From a phage: a DNA stretch of 34,536 bases. The stretch lies in assembly GCA_012145005.1 (NCBI GenBank), contig GCA_012145005.1_3029.2. One strand, written 5' to 3'. Of this stretch, positions 30,247-34,536 are shown piece after piece; the stretch's first letter is position 1, and each line of letters begins with the position of its first letter. The notes beneath the pieces are model-generated. The model was given only the letters and a program-made list of their open reading frames with translations. It searched no databases and was not told where the DNA came from. A program made the translations under genes and the position numbers.

Positions 30247-31566
30247 TCACACATAAAACACATCATAACGACCACGAGTGACACCAACATAAAGAAGCTG
30301 CTGAGCCAATTCAGCATCTGCATAATGAATACAAGGAGTATAGATGAAAGCACGATCTACAGACATGCCCTGAGCTTTGTGGAATGTTGATGCAGGAAGT
30401 GCTTTCACTTTACTAAACTGTGATTTAGCATCCCAAAAATCACTCCACGGAGCTTTTCCACCTTTATTCCAATTTTTATACGTTTCTGCCGTTTTACCTA
30501 AAAATAAGTTAAACTTATACAGCTCTTCATCAGATGAAATTATTTTAATCTTTTCACGATAATATTCATCATCGCCGTAAGTTTCTACTGTTAAATCCCA
30601 ATGACGAATTAGATATTCTCCAGAAACACCACGAGCTTTAACAAATGTTGATGTATACTCTGCTTCTATAATACGAACTAATTGTCCGTTATTAAAAATA
30701 ATTTCTGACACAGGCTTTCCATCAATTTTATATGTTTTAATTAATGGTTCCTGCATTACAATAATTTCACCAACGATAAAATCTTTATCAGTTTCAAAAA
30801 TCTTTTTGCGAATAATGTTATTTAACTTATCAACAGATTTATTCGTAAATGCCATGACGCGATTTTCAAACAAATCATCTAGTGATTTTACGATTGAAAA
30901 ATAATTTACCATAAAATCGCGTAAAGCGGCATCACCGGTAAATCCACGTACTCCATGCCCGTCAACAACTTTATCATAAATCCACTTACCGTTGCGAACA
31001 TCAGTAGCTACATCAATAATAGGAGCATTACTGCGTTTAACTTCAGTGAGTTCACACTGATAAAAATCTTTATGTGTAAAGAACGGGCTGATATAAGCGG
31101 TGTTTTCTCCTGGGTCAACAGGTCTAATTTGCTTATTATCGCCTATTCCAATTATAGTACACCACGGCGGGATAGTTGAAAGCAGAATTTTAAATAGCTT
31201 TCTATCATACATTGACACTTCGTCGCAGATTAATACTCTACATTTAGCTAAATCTGGTACTTCTTTTTGTTCAAAAAGAACGTTTTCTTCATATGTTACT
31301 GGGTTAATTTTAAGAATACTGTGAATAGTACTCGCTTCTTTCCCTGATAGTTTTGAAAGAATCTTTTTAGCCGCATGTGTAGGAGCTGCTAAAATAATGC
31401 CAGTTTCGCCCGTAGATATTAAGGCTTCAATGATGAACTTAGTAAGAGTAGTCTTACCAGTACCAGCAGGTCCATTAATAGTTACATGATGTTTCTTTTC
31501 TTTAATAGCCCTCATAACGATGTTAAAGGCATTTTTCTGGCCTTCGGTCAAATCATCAAATGTCAT
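30247..31566 (-). CDS. dda: Dda DNA helicase (439 aa), SF1B
   Basis: MTFDDLTEGQKNAFNIVMRAIKEKKHHVTINGPAGTGKTT (Walker A) ... GVTRGRYDVFYV; recognised as T4 Dda. Confidence 0.9.
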   Translation of the reverse strand: MTFDDLTEGQKNAFNIVMRAIKEKKHHVTINGPAGTGKTTLTKFIIEALISTGETGIILAAPTHAAKKILSKLSGKEASTIHSILKINPVTYEENVLFEQKEVPDLAKCRVLICDEVSMYDRKLFKILLSTIPPWCTIIGIGDNKQIRPVDPGENTAYISPFFTHKDFYQCELTEVKRSNAPIIDVATDVRNGKWIYDKVVDGHGVRGFTGDAALRDFMVNYFSIVKSLDDLFENRVMAFTNKSVDKLNNIIRKKIFETDKDFIVGEIIVMQEPLIKTYKIDGKPVSEIIFNNGQLVRIIEAEYTSTFVKARGVSGEYLIRHWDLTVETYGDDEYYREKIKIISSDEELYKFNLFLGKTAETYKNWNKGGKAPWSDFWDAKSQFSKVKALPASTFHKAQGMSVDRAFIYTPCIHYADAELAQQLLYVGVTRGRYDVFYV

Positions 31567-31874
31567 CGTAAATTCCCTGCAATTGGTATACTAACAATAC
31601 GCCCAGTATCTAAAATTCGCCGATATAATCTTTGTGTGTCTACATCAGGCTTAACATGTTTAACTTCTATTTTATTAAACCAAAACTTGCGTGGAGTTTC
31701 AACTAATCTCGGAATTCCCATACCTAAAGCTAGTCGATACTGCTCTTTAAGAGTGGTAAATACTTTATCAGCAATCTCCCTTTCAAAAAATACAGCAGGA
31801 CGATGTTCATCAAGCGGAACAGGCACTGCAAATCCATCTTTATCTCTATACACTATCGCATATACATAAAACAT
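31563..31874 (-). CDS. hypothetical protein (103 aa)
   Basis: ATG at 31874; stop overlaps dda ATG (ATGA). Confidence 0.55.
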   Translation of the reverse strand: MFYVYAIVYRDKDGFAVPVPLDEHRPAVFFEREIADKVFTTLKEQYRLALGMGIPRLVETPRKFWFNKIEVKHVKPDVDTQRLYRRILDTGRIVSIPIAGNLR

Positions 31875-31875
31875 A

Positions 31876-32622
31876 TTATCCTCGGATAAGTTTAAAAATT
31901 GAACAATTTAGCGGGTATCCTCTTTTCAGTTTAAGTTTATCAATAAAAGACAAGTTTTGATACCGCTCTACACCTTGAATAATTTTATCACACATATCAT
32001 ATTGCATTTCTGCTTCTGACAACTTTTTCACAGTTTTCCAATCAGAGCCTTTAAGAAGAACGTTCAATTTAACAACTTCAGTGCCTTCTGCTATACGAGA
32101 ACCATCAATACGAGCTTTGAGTGCTACAATCGTTAGCTTAATATCAGAGGTTTGTTTTGATTTAGAAAGCTGAGAAATGTGTTCAATTCGGTTTTCACGT
32201 TTTTTCTGTATAGCTTTAATTTGATTATAAGTCTTTTTGATTTTAGCCCATTTCTTTTCATCTAAATTTAGTTTATGAACTTTTTTCGCAGATGAACGAC
32301 CAATTCGCAAAGCAAATAAATCACGCTTTTCAATCAACTCTTCTAAAGTATAATCAGAACGAAATGTATTGTACTTTTTCTTTACTGCAATAACATTCCC
32401 TTTAATGTATCCAACGTTATTATCAAAACGTTCTAATGATAATTTCTCTCCTTCAATACGATTATCAAAAGGTTCTCCCGAGTAAGCGCAAACTTTCTGA
32501 TCTAAAATGTTCTTAATGTAATTGAAGTCTAAGTTAAAATCTTTAGAACGTCTTTTAGCGGATGCCTGAGTGTGCTCTAGACGACGTGTAATTTTACGAA
32601 TTTGATTTTTAGACAGTTTCAT
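31876..32622 (-). CDS. basic hypothetical protein (248 aa), Srd position
   Basis: ATG at 32622 with GAGAAAAAT SD; Lys/Arg-rich; early promoter upstream. Confidence 0.6.
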   Translation of the reverse strand: MKLSKNQIRKITRRLEHTQASAKRRSKDFNLDFNYIKNILDQKVCAYSGEPFDNRIEGEKLSLERFDNNVGYIKGNVIAVKKKYNTFRSDYTLEELIEKRDLFALRIGRSSAKKVHKLNLDEKKWAKIKKTYNQIKAIQKKRENRIEHISQLSKSKQTSDIKLTIVALKARIDGSRIAEGTEVVKLNVLLKGSDWKTVKKLSEAEMQYDMCDKIIQGVERYQNLSFIDKLKLKRGYPLNCSIFKLIRG

Positions 32623-32652
32623 ATTTTTCTCACGGACGGGTTAACTACTTAT

Positions 32653-32682
32653 ACTATAACATTTTTACTTCAGCTTGTAAAC
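32653..32682 (-). promoter_or_regulatory. early promoter for Srd-position ORF
   Basis: GTTTAC, 18-bp spacer, TATAGT. Confidence 0.5.
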
Positions 32683-32738
32683 AACTTTATGAAAAATGCT
32701 TTAAAACTTTCATGGTATAATGAATCTAAGTCCTTCCA

Positions 32739-33341
32739 TTATAGATTAAATCCTTCAAAATCAAGAGTATAGATAGTGTATGTTGAATACTTTTTATACT
32801 CGTACCTATCCGCAATTCTAAATACACTTCCAGCTGGTATCATTACTTCTTGTTCATCTGAAACTAATTCCATATTACGATAACGATGGCTATCTGGAAA
32901 CTTAAAACTTGGACTATATTCTTTACAACGTAGAGCTTTTATAGCATACTCCTGGAAATTAAATATCATAGGAGCTTTGAATTCAAAAATAACTTGTGTG
33001 TTGTATTCTAATCCAGAAGCAAAATGTAGAGCTATATTTTTATCATATGAAGCTGATACTACTTTATCAAATGTAATAATATCAATTCCTTGATTTAACA
33101 CCTTCTTAGTCTCAACTGGAACACCTCTCCAAAGAGGTTTATCGTTTGGAACCAAACGAGATTTGATTATTTCATTTAACCAAGAATGATCGTCTGGCTT
33201 ATTAGTAATACAATGAATTAAAAGTTCAATTTCGGATAAATTAAATCCTTCAGAAAGTAATTCTTCACGAATAGAAGCACGCACCGATGCATCCATTGAT
33301 TTGATTTTAAAATCTTTTAATTGCATTGCTGAATATTTCAT
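32739..33341 (-). CDS. modA: ADP-ribosyltransferase ModA (200 aa)
   Basis: R-S-E signature (LWRG, VSAS, EQEVMIP); paralogue of adjacent ModB; size matches T4 ModA. Confidence 0.8.
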   Translation of the reverse strand: MKYSAMQLKDFKIKSMDASVRASIREELLSEGFNLSEIELLIHCITNKPDDHSWLNEIIKSRLVPNDKPLWRGVPVETKKVLNQGIDIITFDKVVSASYDKNIALHFASGLEYNTQVIFEFKAPMIFNFQEYAIKALRCKEYSPSFKFPDSHRYRNMELVSDEQEVMIPAGSVFRIADRYEYKKYSTYTIYTLDFEGFNL

Positions 33342-33961
33342 TCAACTACCTCAATATCATACACTTTAAATGTTCCAAATGAATCGTGTAATTTTTCTTT
33401 TGAAATAGAAGTTATTTTATACTTTCCAATTGGAATCATCCATTCTTGTTCACGTACAATCATCATTAAGTTATCAGTACGTTCTGAATCTAATCCATCA
33501 GTATCTTCATATGTATACTTAAACTCAGTATTAGGAGAAGAAAGTATAATATCACTGATATGGTCAGAATAATTAAAAGCTTTATCAGTTTTTAAGCGAA
33601 ATATTATTTCAGTGGAATATTCAACATAAGAAAAACCACACGCTGTATGCAAACTAGTAGTAAATGAATCTACTCTGTTCGTTGAAAACACTTCTCCAAC
33701 TTGTAAATCTTTAATGAGTTCTTTTGTCGATTTTGATATACCACGATATAGCTGATAAGGCGATTTAGTTAAATGCTTTTTAACGATTTTATTCAACTGC
33801 TGATGAAGAGCTTCATTCTTTTTGGCTTCCATACATTGCCAAAGAATTGACTGTTCAAAGTCCGTAAATTTTTCACAGACCTTTTTATACATATCATATT
33901 GAAAATCAACACTTTCAGCTTTTATAGATAACTGTTCAACATCTGCAAGATTAATAATCAT
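33338..33961 (-). CDS. modB: ADP-ribosyltransferase ModB (207 aa)
   Basis: Track ORF starts 4 codons earlier at 33973; ATG at 33961 follows GGAGG; R-S-E signature (LYRG, FSTN, EQEWMIP). Confidence 0.8.
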   Translation of the reverse strand: MIINLADVEQLSIKAESVDFQYDMYKKVCEKFTDFEQSILWQCMEAKKNEALHQQLNKIVKKHLTKSPYQLYRGISKSTKELIKDLQVGEVFSTNRVDSFTTSLHTACGFSYVEYSTEIIFRLKTDKAFNYSDHISDIILSSPNTEFKYTYEDTDGLDSERTDNLMMIVREQEWMIPIGKYKITSISKEKLHDSFGTFKVYDIEVVE

Positions 33962-33987
33962 GATAGCCTCCATATACTTCAGAAGCT

Positions 33988-34017
33988 ATCATATCATTGT
34001 TAGGAAGGAAAGTAAAC
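33988..34017 (-). promoter_or_regulatory. early promoter for modB-modA
   Basis: GTTTAC, 18-bp spacer, TATGAT; about 25 nt upstream of modB start. Confidence 0.55.
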
Positions 34018-34028
34018 AACTTTTTGAA

Positions 34029-34211
34029 TTATTTTGCCCAGGGAGCCCAGGGCGGAGGGTCAAGATGGTATGAAGCTAGTTCTTCTAGAAGAGCATCTGG
34101 GGCTTCAATTCCATAATTCTGTAATACTATACGGTACTCTTTCTTATAATCACTAGAATCATTCTGGATATTCGTAGAATGATTATCTTCTAACATCTCA
34201 AATAAATCCAT
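34029..34211 (-). CDS. hypothetical protein (60 aa)
   Basis: Track ORF upstream of modB; Pro/Trp-rich C-terminus DPPPWAPWAK. Confidence 0.5.
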   Translation of the reverse strand: MDLFEMLEDNHSTNIQNDSSDYKKEYRIVLQNYGIEAPDALLEELASYHLDPPPWAPWAK

Positions 34212-34219
34212 ATTAATTC

Positions 34220-34536
34220 CTAGCGATAAAAACCAAAATGACGATTAGCTTCAATAATCTTTCTTTCTTCTTCGGACATTCTCCAGCGTAGTCCAACATC
34301 AAAATGAGCCCAGACCATCTTAACAAATGCATTTATATCTTTAATATCTTCAATAATGAATGTTTTACTTTTATAAGGTTGACTAGCTAATTTAACTTTA
34401 TCGTCTTCAAACAGGTCAAAAAGACCGTATTCATGAGCTCTTTTATAGCCTTTAATAGTTAAAGCTTCAGAAGAAGAAAACGGTGAATCGGTATTCTGTA
34501 AAATATCTTCAGTATGCTTTATAATTAGAATAACAT
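34220..34536 (-). CDS. hypothetical protein, C-terminal 104 codons (5' end lies right of window)
   Basis: Open minus-strand frame from window end to TAG at about 34220; ends ...RWRMSEEERKIIEANRHFGFYR. Confidence 0.5.
   Translation of the reverse strand, partial: VILIIKHTEDILQNTDSPFSSSEALTIKGYKRAHEYGLFDLFEDDKVKLASQPYKSKTFIIEDIKDINAFVKMVWAHFDVGLRWRMSEEERKIIEANRHFGFYR

Noticed and set aside
14377-34536. Plus-strand ORFs within the minus-strand early block (e.g. 14377..14619, 16347..16583, 20500..20798, 24154..24657, 27252..27876, 31100..31869)
   Set aside because: Each is antisense to a well-supported minus-strand gene in a region whose promoters and hairpins are all minus-strand oriented; none has a convincing SD.

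Overview
AT-rich, gene-dense segment of a T-even (T4-like) myophage genome; no CRISPR, tRNA, rRNA, integrase or transposase seen. Left edge (minus strand): gene 59 (partial), 33, dsbA, rnh. Centre (plus strand, 2.0-12.5 kb): long-tail-fibre operon 34-35-36-37-38 and holin t, with TATAAATA late promoters ahead of 34 and 36. Right 22 kb (all minus strand): early/middle genes asiA, arn, motA, 52, ac, stp, ndd, denB, rIIB, rIIA, 39, dexA, dda, modA, modB, interleaved with many small ORFs, early promoters (GTTTAC -35, 18-bp spacer, TGGTAnnAT-type -10) and UUCG-tetraloop hairpins. The phage is not T4 itself: gp37 ends in a chaperone-like domain, gp38 is a glycine-rich T2-type adhesin, and gene 39 is uninterrupted. 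Several track ORFs begin at non-ATG codons that read through promoters; I moved those starts to the first ATG with a Shine-Dalgarno. I did not find a convincing new multi-gene system. The best unexplained content is small unannotated ORFs (chained membrane peptides, a zinc ribbon, a lipoprotein, tandem paralogues) and a dispersed promoter-leader repeat. All calls rest on reading the sequence and recalled T4 biology; no searches were run. Hand-derived coordinates may be off by 1 nt.
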